This document shows, one piece after another, positions 10,982-25,634 of a stretch of 64,000 nt of DNA; the stretch's first letter is position 1; each line of letters starts with the position of its first letter. A program made the translations under genes and the position numbers. The notes beneath the pieces were generated by a model that did not search any database, had not been told where the DNA came from, and saw nothing but the letters and a program-made list of their open reading frames with translations. Source of the stretch: Octopus sinensis (taxonomy: Eukaryota); the NCBI RefSeq assembly GCF_006345805.1, contig NC_042997.1:105524001-105588000 (forward strand), written 5' to 3'.

Positions 10982-13312
10982 AGGAGAGGGAGAAAGAGAG
11001 AGAGAGAAAAGCTCTTAAGTGTTCTCATACCAAGTTGTACTCAAGGTGGAATAACTTTTATGTCGATGACATTTTTTTGGGGCAGAAGCAAGCATCTCTA
11101 GAATGAAAAATGAACATACCTTCAATGAATATCGTATCAATTCGAAATAACATTTTTTCTTGAGATTATTATACCTCTCATTCGGAGCCGGTCGTATTTG
11201 CTAATAAGCATACGTCTACGTTATCTCGAAGGAAATACACCGTATGCAGTTAACTTGTAAGCTATACATATTATGCATTGATTCTTCTAACAGAAACATA
11301 TACACGCACATATACACGCACATATACACAGACACGCATACACAAAGACATTTGTTACGTGTGTGTATGTGTGTGTGCGTGTGTGCATGCGTACGTGAGT
11401 ACGTGTGTAACCAGTAGCTAAAATTTTTACATGCTTACTGAAACATTTTCTCTAAACCACAAATACCACATGCTGATGAATCATAAATTATTAAACTATT
11501 TGCAATGTTTTGTAAAATAGCATACTATGATCATTTGCACTTTGGTAAGTGAAATGAATTTCTAGGTCTTTATAATAAGTTTTTATGTATAGGATAGAAT
11601 AGTGGCTGAGTCTATTTAACATTAAATGAATTTCTCGTTAATATGAAGTATGTAGGAAAACAAGATATACACGTAAAACATTTAGAAGTCCAATCGGTGT
11701 GTGAAAATAAGAGGTGAAATTTAAAAGGAAGTCTATTGAATATGTAAAACTTAGAAAAAATCCTTCTTTTGTATCAGAGAATAAATATTTGGATTCAAAT
11801 TAAAAAGAAAACGTTTAAAATTCAATTTCTTTTAAAAAGGATACCTACAAAATCTGTTTTTAATTAATGATTCAATTTTTAATAATTAACTGTAACTCAC
11901 TTTTGAAATGATATTTTCTTCTGTAGGCTTGTAATAAGTCAATAATATACTGTTATGAATTTATAATGAAACAAATGTATAAGTTGAAACGAAGTATGAA
12001 TATAATGGAATATATGCTAAAATATAAATAACTAAGAAAATAACTTCAATGTGGATTAATATGAAAGTTAAATGTTATATTCAAAATGTTACACCTCTGA
12101 AAAAGATGTAACAGACACAATTTTTCATGCTAGGGTGTACAAAGAAATGAATATAGAACATTTTCTTTTAAAGAGTTATGTCATATGGAAATTGTTAGGT
12201 ATGTGCAGTACATGTTATTTATTACTCAGAGAAAATTGGTCAAATATGCTAATATATTTTATGACTTAACAGTATTTTTGCAAGATTGTTTCATGTGAGT
12301 ATTCGCATGTATTCGCATAGACTATATCTTGTTATTTAGAACATATGTTGAAACAATGATATAGATTACTCCAATACCAAAAAAAAAAGAAAAAAAAAAC
12401 TAGTGCGTAAAAGTGAAAATATTCAAATATAAGATTAAAAATGCATTATTATAAGTGTATTAAAATAGGAAAAAAAACTCATGGAAAATAAAATCTAAGT
12501 AAAACTGGGTTACAAATTAAAATAAAAAAATTATGTGCAAGTTAGAATATGTAGACGTACATGATATCTAGAGAGATTATTTAGACTAAGTGTAATGTAA
12601 ATTATTGGACATGAACACACGGTCATTCTTTTTCCCATGTGGTTACTAAATCACTTGTTATAAGTTTGACTGTGTACACAAGCATAGACTTTATTTAACT
12701 TCATAAATTGTAATTGATTAGAGTATGTTTTCTTCTACAGCATTGTGGATAATTGAATAATTTGTAATTAGTGAGATTGTGGTATTTGTGGTTTAGCTAC
12801 CGGTTACACACACACATGCGCACACATATGTTCATTCACATATATCTGATATACATGTATGTGTATATTTGTGTATATGTACGTGTATCTCTGTAAGACG
12901 AATCAAGCACACAAGTTAACTAGATTCGGCGTGTTTGTTACGAGATAAGGTAGTCGTTTGCTTGTTCACAATCGTGACCACCTACGACTGCAAAGGAGAA
13001 ATAACCTCAAGAATAAATCCTATTTCAAATTGATATTAATTGAGGCACTGTTTATTTTTCTGTCTAGAAACGCTTGCTTCTACTGTAATAGATTCCATCG
13101 ACATATTAGTTATCCCACCTTGACTCCGACTAGGCATAATAGTTGAATAATACAAAACAAAGTCGAGAACATTTAAATTGAACAAATAATTTATCTTATA
13201 TAGTATATAGTGTTGATTTATTTGTCCTTGTTGATAAAATACATTCCACATTTTACTTGGCTCATACGAAGCTTTATTGTCATTCATTGTTATATAGCAA
13301 ATACTAATAATA

Positions 13313-13625
13313 AAAGGGTAAAGACATCCTTCGGTCATGAATGACCATGGGATTGCACCTAGAAAAATCTCTTCTGAGGAACAAGTCCGGGCAAAGTTGT
13401 TTATGGAAGACCAGCAGTCGCCCATGCATACCAGTCTCCCCTCTTCACACTAATACACCTTGGCACCTGTGACGTTACAGGTCATTTCTACAGCTGAGTG
13501 AACTGGAGCAACATGAAATAAAGTGTCTTGCTCAAGAACACAACACACAACCCCGTCCGGGAATCGCATTCATAGCCTCATGATTGCGAGCCCGACGCTC
13601 TACCCATTGAGCCATACGCCTTCAC
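13313..13625 (-). mobile_element. SINE family C (tRNA head, CORE-like segment), internally deleted
   Basis: The minus strand starts GTGAAGGCGTATGGCTCAATGGGTAGAGCGTCGGGCTCGCAATCATGAGG. An imperfect ~19-bp TSD ATAGCAAATA(C/T)TA(A/G)TAATA lies at 13294-13312 and 13626-13644. Homologous to 52841-53170. Confidence 0.88.
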
Positions 13626-14058
13626 ATAGCAAATATTAGTAATACTATATAAAATAACATACGATGTAGAATATCATATCAAAAATATGTAAAATAGTTA
13701 TCAAAAATATTTCCGTTTCAGGAGAGTGTCGAGTATTCGCGTGGTGGTAGCCGTAATCAATTCCAAATAAGTAACGGGGAATAATCTAATCAGGAATTCT
13801 CAAATTTGACGTGCACTTATAGAGACGGCGGTCTGATTTCCTGAAGGCAAGAAACTAACTTCGGAGACATTTATCTATCTTATCTTCTGTGGCCGAGACA
13901 CATAGATATAATCAAATATGAGTGGGACGAATTTAAGGCATAGGTAATTTGCATACATGATGGAAAAATAATGAGCTAAGAAAAATAACTCTGTATGGAC
14001 AGTAGTATGTATTTGAACCACAAATACGAAAAAGGATATATTACATAGCAAAATAACA

Positions 14059-14328
14059 GTTCTATATTTAAAAGACGAGGAATTATGTACATTATTTACA
14101 TTATTTATATTTGACGGATATTTGTCCCCATCTTGTTTGTTGTTAGCTCAACGTTTCGGCTGATATACCCTCCAGTTTTCATCAGGTGTCTTGGGGAAAT
14201 TTCAAACCTGGGTTCTCATTCCTAAGACACCAGATGAAGGCTGGAGAGTATATCAGCAGAAAAGTTGTGTTAACTACAAAGAAGATAAGAACAAATATCC
14301 GTCAAATATAAATAATGTAAATAATGTA
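14059..14328. mobile_element. Penelope-like terminal repeat (family G) arranged as a fold-back, with a hammerhead-like motif in each arm
   Basis: Arms 14088-14192 and 14223-14328 are reverse complements (roughly 85% by eye) around a 30-bp loop. Both contain variants of GACAC-CTGATGA-AGGCTG..CAGCC-GAAACGTT-GTGTT. Confidence 0.75.
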
Positions 14329-14660
14329 GCAAAATATCGTACGTTAAAATCTCTCTCCGTTTCTAGATGGCTTCACCTATCGCTTGGAAGCAACTGATTC
14401 CGTCTCTAAACAACACAAAGATAAAAATTAAGGATCAATAATTCTCGATAATTCGTGTCATTACGGAAATAACAGTCTGATTGTCTGAAAACAAAAGGAT
14501 AGCTGTAGACACTTGGAGCAATCTGTATTAAAATTCAAGTGGTCCCCAAGTTCAGCGAGTTAGGGCCCGTAGAATATTTAAAAAGGGAATAGTTAAGGTA
14601 AAGAACTGAAACCAGAAACAAATTGAAGACAGAATAGATGGATAGATAGATGGATGGATG

Positions 14661-14765
<105 letters not shown>

Positions 14766-14995
14766 ATGGATAGGCAGACAGACAGACAGACAGACAGACG
14801 GAAAGACAGACAGACAGACGGACAAACAGATAGATAGATATTATGAACTGAAAGAAGCAAGCAGAGCAAGCAAACGAAGCAAGCAAAGTAAGCAAGCCGC
14901 GTAGAAAAAAAAAGAAAAGGACAGAAAGGAAGAGGAAAATAAAAGCACACAGTCAGATAGAAAGAAAGAAAGAAGAAAGAAAGAAAGAAGGAAGC

Positions 14996-15051
<56 letters not shown>

Positions 15052-15535
15052 GAGAGGAAGAAAGGAAAAAGAAAGAAAGAACACGGTTAAATATAAGGAA
15101 AGACAGAATTGATATGAAATGAAAAGAAAGTGGGAAAAGATGAGGGTAGATGGATTCGAGAAATGATGGCTGATTTGTATAACATGTGATACCATTTGTG
15201 GATAATAACAGCATTTATGGCCGGCACGTTTCTATGGCTTGTAACGACTGTAAGTGTTGGTCGCCTCTAATCCCACTTGAAGTTTAATTCAAGTAGTTTA
15301 ATCCTGCACCTGGAAGAATTACACACATTCTTAATGTACATCTGAACCTTTTCAGTTTTTTGTAGACAGCTGATTATTTTGCAAGGCGCCATGATTTCAA
15401 TCACCCTCTCGCACACATACACACACATCTACAATTACGCATATATTATATATGTTTTATTATATTTCTTCTTCGTGTATAAGGGTGTGCATGTATATAT
15501 ATGTATATATATATGTATATATATGTATATATATG

Positions 15536-15569
<34 letters not shown>

Positions 15570-15913
15570 AAATGTATGTGTATACATATGGATACACACA
15601 CACACATATGTATATACATATATATATATGTGTGTCTGTGTGTATATTTGTATGCATATATTATACATATGTATCTATACACAAATATACTTACACCAAC
15701 ACATACACGCGAATATATTTAGACACATACATAAAGATAAGAATGCACGGACATCACCCATGTCTATCTATCTATCCATCTCTTTCTCTCTCTCTCTCTC
15801 TTTATATATATATATATACATATATATATATACATCTATATATATATACATATATATATATACATCTATATATATATACATATATATATACATATATATA
15901 TATATATACATAC

Positions 15914-15954
<41 letters not shown>

Positions 15955-15969
15955 CATCTATCTATATAT

Positions 15970-16032
<63 letters not shown>

Positions 16033-16234
16033 GCACTCATAGATACAGAGATAGATTCTTATATATAGTGTGTGTATGTGTAAGCGTGTGGTTGGATTTA
16101 TGGGCATACGCGTCTTTTAATTTAAGTAAATTAATTTCATTTACGTATGTTACTTTTTTTAATTGCGTTCGTGAGCGCACCCTCCTCCACGTCATCCTTC
16201 TCTTGCTACTCTTTCTTTTCCTCCTCCCCATCCC

Positions 16235-16273
<39 letters not shown>

Positions 16274-16619
16274 ATCTTTTCTCTTCTACACGTGAATCTC
16301 ACCAAACAGGATTAATGTACACTTTCAAGTGCACAGGTCCCCAACGACAAAATTTTATTTCCTATGTTAATTTTTATTTGACTTTTACATAAAAAAAACA
16401 GAAACAGGGCTGCTGTTGCGGCATCTATCACTTGTAATAGGCTTATTATTGCTGCCGTTGTTCTTTAACCCTTGGCCATTCCTGATAGAGTACAGCTATT
16501 GTCAAAGATGCTCCATTCGTCAATATCACGCATGTTTCCTTGAGAGAACGCACTTATATAATTGATCTTGCAAGAGATATTTTGTTGTTTAGTTTCAAAC
16601 TGTATTTTATCTTCAATCT

Positions 16620-16930
16620 TTTACTTGTTTCAGTCATTAGACTGCGGTCATGCAGGGGCACTGCCTTAAATTTGTTTTTTAGTCAAATGAATCGATCGCA
16701 TTACTAATTCTGTTTTTTTTTTTTAAGGCAGGTACTTATTCTAGCGATTCTTTTAGCCGAACCGCTAGCACACGGGGACATAGATATACCTACAGCGGTT
16801 GTCGAGCGATGATGGAAGACAAACACACACACACAAAACGGGCTTCTCTCAGCTTCTGTCCACCAAGTCCAATTGCAAGGAATTAGCCGGCCCGAGGCTA
16901 TAGTAGGAGATACTTGCCCGAAAGTGCCAT
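16620..16930 (-). mobile_element. Degenerate SINE family A copy lacking the head
   Basis: TTTACTTGTTTCAGTCATTAGACTGCGGTCATGC...GGCCCGAGGCTATAGTAGGAGATACTTGCCCGAAAGTGCC is the reverse complement of the family A body and tail. Confidence 0.75.
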
Positions 16931-17706
16931 GGATAAAATTTGTCAGACCGTATGATTGCCGATGATAATGTTTTAGATCATTCTTATTGCTATTCTTGTT
17001 GTTGTTGTTGTTGTTTTTAGCTCCTGCTATTGTAGTAAAAAATATATTTATATATCTATTTGTCGCAACCATACCGTTACCTCGTTCTTCATTTTCGTGC
17101 AGATAGATTTAAATTTAAGACGATGATGATACCGTAATATACCAACATAACATCAATACGGCGTACAGTCTGAACATTTGAGAAGCTTATGTCTTCATTC
17201 AGATATATATTCATTCTAGATATATATTTTTCTCGAAGAACTCGTGAAAATTTTGTTGATTCTTTTTTCTTTCTGCATTTGCTTAGTGACGAAAACCTCA
17301 TTAATAATTCATGTTTTGAGAGGGATCACTGCTACATGGAGCTTAACGTTCCATCGAAAATATGGAGGAATGTGGCAATAAGATACAAGCCTAAAGTCAA
17401 AAAGAAATAACGTTGATAATCTATGTGAGTTTTTGATATAATCACATGTCCTCATGAGAGTAGTACAAGGGGTAAGATATATAGAGATTCGAGGTAAGAG
17501 TCATAGTTTTTCTTCTGATTGTGTACGGAAATCTTAGCAAGCCTCAAAAGCCTCTGATAGTAAAGGCGTCTTTTCATTTCCTTTTTTAATTTTTTTTTAC
17601 CTTGCCATCCTACCATTCACACGTGCTTTTTAGCCCTGCCATCCTACCAGCCGCACGTGCTTTATCTTAATCTCACACTTAAAGGAAAATGAATATAAAT
17701 AAATAA

Positions 17707-17752
<46 letters not shown>

Positions 17753-17848
17753 GAATAGCAATAACAACAATAATAATTAACGACTAAAAGAATCGTCTCT
17801 GCATATATATACATACACACACACACACCACACACACACACACACACA

Positions 17849-17907
<59 letters not shown>

Positions 17908-18929
17908 AGCAGAAGGATGGGAAAACAGTTTAACTACTGCTACTATTACTGCTAATACTTCGACCGGCAGCACTACCACTCCTACTAATACATTTTACTA
18001 ATAACGAAATAACGATAATAATTAATCCTGATTTCTAATTTAAGTACATAGTTAGTAACTTGGAATAGAGGAATAATAGTGGAACTGGATACCATCTACA
18101 CCAATAAATAATTGGTACTTTATTTCATTGAACCACAAAGTATGAAAGCCAAAGTTCAGTACGACAGTATTCGAACTCAGAATGGAAAGAGCTAGTACAA
18201 AGTAAATAGCAGCATAAAACATAGCAGGGAGTTCAGTATATTTCTTTTCTTTACGGGCAAACTGAGGCAGTGAAGTGAGCGACCTGTAAAGAAAGAATAA
18301 TAAAAACAAGTTTGGTTCAATCATAGAAACTAAATACAAATAGGATTACCTCGCCAGTAAGGACACAGGTTCTCTCATATGTGTCATGTTCATAGCAAGC
18401 CCGTTTACATGTACAATTATTCGTTTCTCCTCCCCAGCTTTCAGTGAATTTACTGGAATAGAGAGGATTTCCTCTCAACTTTCATCTCATTCCTATGTGA
18501 AACTTGAGAAAGATGTGTTGGTCGATAAAGAAATAGCCTGTCTTCAGTTTCGTGCAACAAAAGTTCTTTCCCCACAGTCACTAGACAGAGGAAAATTTTT
18601 CTCTTCCTGGCCAAATTGAAGCAGCGAAGTGAGCAACAATATTGTTCAGCTGATAGGCCCATCGTACTCAGCTCGCAGACGGTGTTTTGGCAGATGCTCA
18701 CTTCTGGTGCGTTACCAGCACTGTGTTTCTATACAGTATTGTACTACAGAATATATATTTAGAATTCAGCCGAAACTGAGTATAATATCCAGTTAAAGTG
18801 TTTCAACACAAATTCGAGACTGGTCTGCATAATCCCCAATTGTACTATCATCGAAATTATTCTATATAAAGACAAGATATTTATATCTGTATATTATACT
18901 GGTGACTAAAAATGTATAGGAATATCGGT

Positions 18930-19141
18930 TTCAACTTTTGGCAAAAGGTCAGCAATTTCGGAGTTGGAGTCAATCGATTACATCGACCCCCGTGCTCAAC
19001 TACTGTATCGACTCTGAGAGTATGGAAGTCAAATTTGATCTGTTGAGCTCAGCGGAATTTGAACGCAGAACATACAGACGAACGAAAGTCCACTTAGCAT
19101 TTTGCTCGGCATGCTAACGACTGTGCCAGCTTACCACCTTA
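18930..19141 (-). mobile_element. Degenerate SINE family B copy with an alternative tail
   Basis: GCGGAATTTGAACGCAGAACATACAGACGAACGAAAG...TGCCAGCTTACCACCTT. The tail (TTTTGGCAAAAGGTCAGCAATTT) resembles those at ~19170-19225 and 51375-51425. Confidence 0.6.
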
Positions 19142-20972
19142 AAAGAAAGCAAAATCCATAGAAATATTTGGTTTCGAATTTTGGCACATGGCCAGCAATT
19201 TGTGGAGAGGAGTGAGTCGCTTCGACTACAACTTGATTTGTAGGGCTTCCCATAACTCAAGAAGCCCATTTGACAGACGCCTTACAGTCAATTGATTTCC
19301 ATGTGCAACAACGGGTTATGTTATAGATTTGCGGAAAGACAGACAGGACAGAGGCGAAGATAGAGAGATAAAGACAGAACTAAAGAGAGAGAGAGAGAGA
19401 AACAATGAGAGAGAAAGAGAGAGGTGGGGAGAGAGACTGGCAGAAAATTTTGAAAAATGCTTTTGATTTGTGAAATTTCTAGAAACATAAATTATATGAA
19501 ATTAATTAAATGATATTAAATTATATAAAATGTATTTGCATATGTATATTTATATATGAATTGTGTGAGTCTTTATGAATCAATATATGTACGAAAATGT
19601 GTGTATGCACGCGCGTGAATGTGTGTGCACGCATGCGTGCATTTTGAGTACGTTTTACGGTATTCACTACCACGAAAGACGGCTAGTAAATAGACAAAAA
19701 AAACATTCAGTTTGACGTCCACCGCGCCCTTTTATTTGTCCTAACCACGTGACCAACTGCTACGAGTTCATGAATTCTGGAGAACTTTATCTTTTCGATA
19801 TTGTCTGAATTAGAGACTGGCGTGGACAGAAGCAAAAGTTTATCGTGAAAAATTACTGAGTTTAATGCAGAACATATAGCTTGTATTGTATGGTGTTTCA
19901 GACATTTTTGCTTTCGTTTCGTTCATTCGGTGTATATTTATGTCGCAACCCCGTGTAATTTATAACTAAATATCATTATTCGTTGAGCACTCTCATGGAG
20001 TTATTATTTACATAGACAAGTTGAGATGTACTCTATTGAGTTCTTGCGGTTCATATTTCCCATACAAATGAAGACAAACGCACGAACTCACACAAGCATA
20101 CATACGAATATAAATATATATATATATGAATGTGAGTGATTTTTGTGTTTTTTAATACTTTTACATTTAGTGAGTAGATACAGTTAGGAGGTTGCCAATG
20201 TTTATAAAATTGTCTCGAGGAGATTTTGAAAGCATCACATCTGTTTATAGATATGTGGCTAATATTTTATCTTTCTAAATATATTTAATGTTACAACTTC
20301 GTTTTACACACGTTGTGAGTGATTTATTTAATTTCTAAGATGTTATACATGTGTTTTCGTTCTGTCAGAGTCTCAGTAACTTCACTAAATGTTTATTTCC
20401 TACACCCTTAACAAGCTTCCACATTTGTTATGACCTCAGTGAAAATGCGTGATTCATCATGGAATACCTCCTCAAAATTTCGACACACGAGCGCCAAAAA
20501 TAATGTTCTAAAATTCGAACTACTTACATATATTTATACATACCATTTGATATTCCGAAGAGGGTAAGCAATCTTCTATGCTATCAAAGGTTTTGTAGAG
20601 AATGGGGATAGAGATATTTTTGTGATATTGATGAGGTTGATATGTTATTCATTTATTTATTTAATTATTTTATGTGACGTTTGTGAAGATTAGCATCGTC
20701 GATTGCACATTTCGAAAGGGCTGATATAGATTCATTGTAATTTCTTATGGCTAGAGTGTCAATGTTGTGTCGAACCCGAAGTAAGTACCTTCGTTTGTAA
20801 ATCATGGTTTCGGTTTTACGTTTCATCAAGATTTATATTTCCTTTCGATGTACAACAAATATCAATTGCTAGTGAAGTGTTCTTTATTAGCACAAAACTG
20901 TAGATGGCTATTTGGTAGTGTAAGTGCTTAGTTTCTGACTTTAAAGGTTTGATTAAAGTAGTAGTGGTAGTA

Positions 20973-21121
20973 CAGGGTGGCCCAAAAGTAGGTTTACAGT
21001 TATCACGTAGGGACTTTCAATTTCTTTTAAAACATATTACATTTAAATTTCTATCGTACGATTAAGTAATCGGCATAGAATAATGGTTGAATAACTGCAA
21101 ACCTACTTTTGGGCCACCCTG
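20973..21121. mobile_element. Tc1/mariner-type MITE (149 bp)
   Basis: 31-bp TIRs CAGGGTGGCCCAAAAGTAGGTTT(A/G)CAGTTAT with one mismatch; TA TSD at 20971-20972 and 21122-21123. Confidence 0.92.
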
Positions 21122-21124
21122 TAT

Positions 21125-21212
<88 letters not shown>

Positions 21213-22149
21213 TACACATACATATACATATAAATAACTTGCATTATACATATATATATATATATATAATATATATATATATTATATATATATATATTAT
21301 TTATATTATGATATGATCGAATACCACGCATCCTTTTCCAAGTAAGTCTTATCTTAATAATTACGATGTGCACTTTTATTCTCTTTCCTTCGTCTTTTGT
21401 TTTTTTTTTAAATTCCAACTATATATATGTATGTATATATGTATGTATGTCTGTATGTATGTATGTATGTATGTATGTATGTATGTATGTATGTATGTAT
21501 GTATGTATGTATGTTGGTAAATTATCACAAGAAAAACATTGTTAGGGGCTTTTGAATTGCTCGTCTTCATTAATTAGTAACTGATGAAGGTAAGCAAACG
21601 GAAGCTTCGAAGTCACTGTTAAACATTTCCTTGTTCAAATTGATATGTACTCTACTAAAATGATACTAAAATGATATCACTTGAATGTGAAATTGTCTTC
21701 TATGACATCGCACAATTCGTACAATATTTGAAACATCACGAAACATGCAAGAACCCACATTTTAGTGCATCGTAGATTATTATTTATGTTTTTATGTCAC
21801 CAAACTTAAAAGGAAACTTTCTCATTTAAGTGTACGTATTTGAAAAAGTTAGTAGGTATTAAGAAGAGATAAGACAGTTAATGGAAATCTATTATATAGA
21901 TCCTGATAAATTATGAAAAAAAAAAATTCATTTTAACGATATTCACATCATCAGTCATCGCTGACGCCTACGATATAGAACGTCCACTTGAAGCATTCGC
22001 ATGAGTCGCTGGAAACTGAGTAAAGAATTAACGAGGTTTCAAGTACCATTTCGGTCGACCTGCTGAAGACAGTAGTCTTCAATTCGCATATGTAACAATA
22101 TCAAAAAATAAAGGAACAGCATACTGGCCCTGAAATGGCTGTCCAATAA

Positions 22150-22460
22150 GAAGCTCGCTTAGCAGCCACGTGGATTCAGATTCAATCACACTGCGCGGCA
22201 CCTTGGGGATGTGTCTTCTACGATAGCACCCGGCCGACCGATTGCTTGTGATTTATTTGTTTGTTGACGGGAACTGTGTGGAGCCCCTCGTGTATGCGTG
22301 TGTGTGTGTGTATGTGTGCGTGACTGTGTGTGTATGTGCGTGAATTTGTGTTTGTGAATGTGCGTTTGTGTTTGTCCCACAAAAATCGCGTGAGAACTTT
22401 CTTGCTTACATTCTCGTAACTTAGCAATTCATCAAAAAATTCCGACGGAACAATTATCAG
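22150..22460 (+). mobile_element. Old, degenerate SINE family A copy
   Basis: GGATTCAGATTCAATCACACTGCGCGGCACCTTGGGGATGTGTCTTCTACGATAGCACCCGGCCGACC aligns to the family A head and body. Confidence 0.65.
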
Positions 22461-24063
22461 AATTAAAGTTAAAGTCATAGCTAACTATGGCAGGATTTTA
22501 ACTCAAAATGAAAAGACTAGAAAGACTGCAAAACATCTTTTCAGGCGTTATAATTCATCTGTCACTTCGCCAATGTATTTAAATGAACATTAAAAAGATT
22601 TAAATAAGTTAGTCGAAAGAATTAAACATATGCTTTGCTTGCCCTTCCAATCAAGCAAGATCAGTACTGTTGATATTCGGGTTTAACATATGCGTTCTGA
22701 TATGTAATGGAAGAGAACAGCTGAAGAGAATTTTATGTCGCTGGATAATCTGGGTTGTTGTTGCTGTTAAGCAACTAGACGGCTAAGGGTGATTAGGTGA
22801 TGGTCTAGGGCTTAGAGGCGGGGGACCCCAGACCTTGGAAAAAAATAACTTTGGTCGTCTTGTTGTAGTCGAGGGCTCTTCGTTGACGCCCGAAACCACT
22901 GGGAGGTAGCCCGCGAAGTCGCTGGAAATGGAGATCTCCAGGTCCAAATTCTTGAACGGCGAGAATCTGGGTTGAAAGCCCTTGCAGTACTAAATTAAGT
23001 AGACATTGTAGTATCGATACAAATGAGAAATTAAGGGAACAGATTGTAAGTGTTTTATTGATTAAAAGAGTTTAGTTATTTCTAAGGAGTTGAGGTAGCG
23101 GCAGAAACAGCAGGCGAATTTTGAGGTAATGAAAGGAGAGAGAACTTTAAGCCAGGCTAAGTTAATAGTGCTTGATGACAACATCCAAGCGAGATGGAAA
23201 AGGCAAACAAAATCGTATTAATTACAGCGAATCTTTGCAGTATATAGTTTAACCTTCTCAGTAGGGATGGGATTGGCAGAAAGGGTGAGATTAAGAGATT
23301 TCTTTAAATCTTTAATGCCAGCGTTCCTTCACTGAGAAATGGTTTCTATCCGTAATGATGGTAATTTATAGAATAAACAACTTTCTAAATCTTTATTCAC
23401 AGACACTATGAGGGTGTGTGGGTGTGTGTGTGTGTATATATATGTGTGCGTGCATGTGTGTGTGTGTAAGTCTGAGTGTGTGTATCTGTGAGTTAAAAAA
23501 AGCAAAAAATTGAGACAATAATGAATGTTTAACCTGCTCCACTTTTCATAAAGCCAGAGGAAACGGATATACAGACTTTTTGGTAATGCTTGTTGAAATT
23601 GCATGTTTTCTATATATTTTCTGAAACTTAACTACGTTTTACTTAAGACTGACATTATAAATAAATAGTTCGAACATCAAATTTCAATGTACACGACGTT
23701 TCAATTATGTCATCATTATTGTAATTAAAATATTGACAATTATTTTCACTTAATTGTTCTTTATATCAAGTGACAAAACTTATTTTGGTAACATAACTTG
23801 TATGGGAATAATTGAAATATGAATAAGAGTTCTTTTATGATTAGTGACAATTTTTAATGTTTAGTGACGATAGCGAAACACACACAGCATACACAGGTGT
23901 GTGCATCTGTGGGTACCATCACATAGCCTAAAACACAAATATATCCACACATATTTCTGTATGATGTAGATGTATATATGTCAGCATACATCCGCAGTTA
24001 GCTGTATATATGCCACCATAAATCCGCATGCAGCTGTATATATTCATGTAAATGCATGTATAT

Positions 24064-24312
24064 TTAATAATAATAATAATAATTGTGTACAGTGCTCAGG
24101 TGCACTACAACTCATCTAAAGTGTATATATAATCATGTGTAGTTTCGGCGGATTTCGGAAAGCATGAGGGCCTTAAAGGATGCAGTGTCATGGCAGTCAA
24201 CAACTGACGCAGGCAGTTTATTCCATGCTGCAGCAACTCTGAGCGTGAAAAAGTGTTTCCGAAAGTCATGGGAGCTGTGTTGTTTTCTGACTTTGTAGGT
24301 ATGTCCACGTGT
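24064..24312 (-). mobile_element. 5'-truncated CR1-group LINE: ORF2 C-terminus, 3' UTR and (ATT)n tail
   Basis: TRGHTYKVRKQHSSHDFRKHFFTLRVAAAWNKLPASVVDCHDTASFKA matches the CR1/L2 C-terminal motif TRGH...R..FFS.RV...WN.LP..VV....FK. It is followed by a short UTR and a trinucleotide tail. Confidence 0.85.
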
Positions 24313-24554
24313 TTGTGTGAGTATGTGTGTGAGAGTGTGTATAATAATCTGCATGTGTATTTAAATACATATGTATAGAAATATATATATATATACACAC
24401 AAACACATATATATATATATATATGTAGATACATATATGTAAAATTATATATAGTACATATATATATATATATCTATATATTGTATATATAGTGTGTCCG
24501 TACATATATGCATATATATATATATGTATACTCACACACACACACACATATATA

Positions 24555-24597
<43 letters not shown>

Positions 24598-25277
24598 TAT
24601 ATGAGTTGTGTATGTGTGTCTGTATCTATAATGTATGTGAGTGTATGCATACATATACGTATTAAAATGCACATATATGAGTATATACAGCTATTGAATG
24701 TTTTCAAAATTCAACAGTTCTCATTGATGAAGACATTTAGATAAAGTATGAAGTGCGAAGATATGTGACTGTTTGATGTCCAAAGCGGCAAATTCCACAG
24801 CAAAGCTACCTGCAAATCTAAAAGCCAAAGCTAGCAGAAACGCTATATGACCGTTTACGTGTAACGCCTATAGGCTTAACAAGTGTCAAATATAAAATAA
24901 GAAAGTGGCTTATCAAATTCTTGTAGGCAAAGAAACTGGTGGTATTATCATGAGATTTCTATATCAAGGGAATTGAAGCAAACATTATGCTAACAACAAT
25001 TGGATGCTAATATAAAAGACAATGATTAAAGAAAATCTCCAGGAACAGATTATTCTGTCGTCCATGACATAAAGTCGATGAAACAGTTTCTCATGTTCCA
25101 AGAATAATTTCGGAAAGTGGAATTACTTCTAAAGAGAACTTGGTGATCTATCAATACTTCCATGATATATGTGAATAATCTGATATTTCACACCGGTTCT
25201 GTATTATGCTTTGTACACAATACACAAAAGCATGACAAAGAGTAGGCTACGAGACACGCATATATTACATAAATACA

Positions 25278-25371
<94 letters not shown>

Positions 25372-25596
25372 TGTATAATATATATATATGTATATATATT
25401 ATGTGTGTGTATATCTATATATATGTATATATATATTACATATATATACATATAATACATATATATACAACATAAATATATATATATATATAAATATTTA
25501 CAATATATATGGGCCTAATCTCTCTGTCTATCTATCTATATTTATATGTATACATATATATACAGATATATATTCATATATCTATATATCTATCTA

Positions 25597-25634
<38 letters not shown>

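Noticed and set aside
17286-17410. Possible plus-strand terminal exon (DENLINNSCFERDHCYMELNVPSKIWRNVAIRYKPKVKKK*) after a polypyrimidine-AG
   Set aside because: No recognisable family (a THAP-like resemblance lacks the C-x-H core) and no linked upstream exon.
17603-17664. Two ~28-bp direct repeats (TGCCATCCTACCA...CACGTGCTTT)
   Set aside because: Only two imperfect units, consistent with a local slippage duplication; not a CRISPR-like array.
21577-21615. CTGATGAAGGTAAGCAAACGGAAGCTT hammerhead-like core
   Set aside because: Stem II is incomplete, GAAA is disrupted and stem I does not pair.
22800-23400. Non-repetitive, coding-like stretch with faint Penelope-RT-like words on the minus strand (KLYTAKIR, NLAWLKVLSPF)
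   Set aside because: Too many stops and no unambiguous RT motif; a profile search would be needed.
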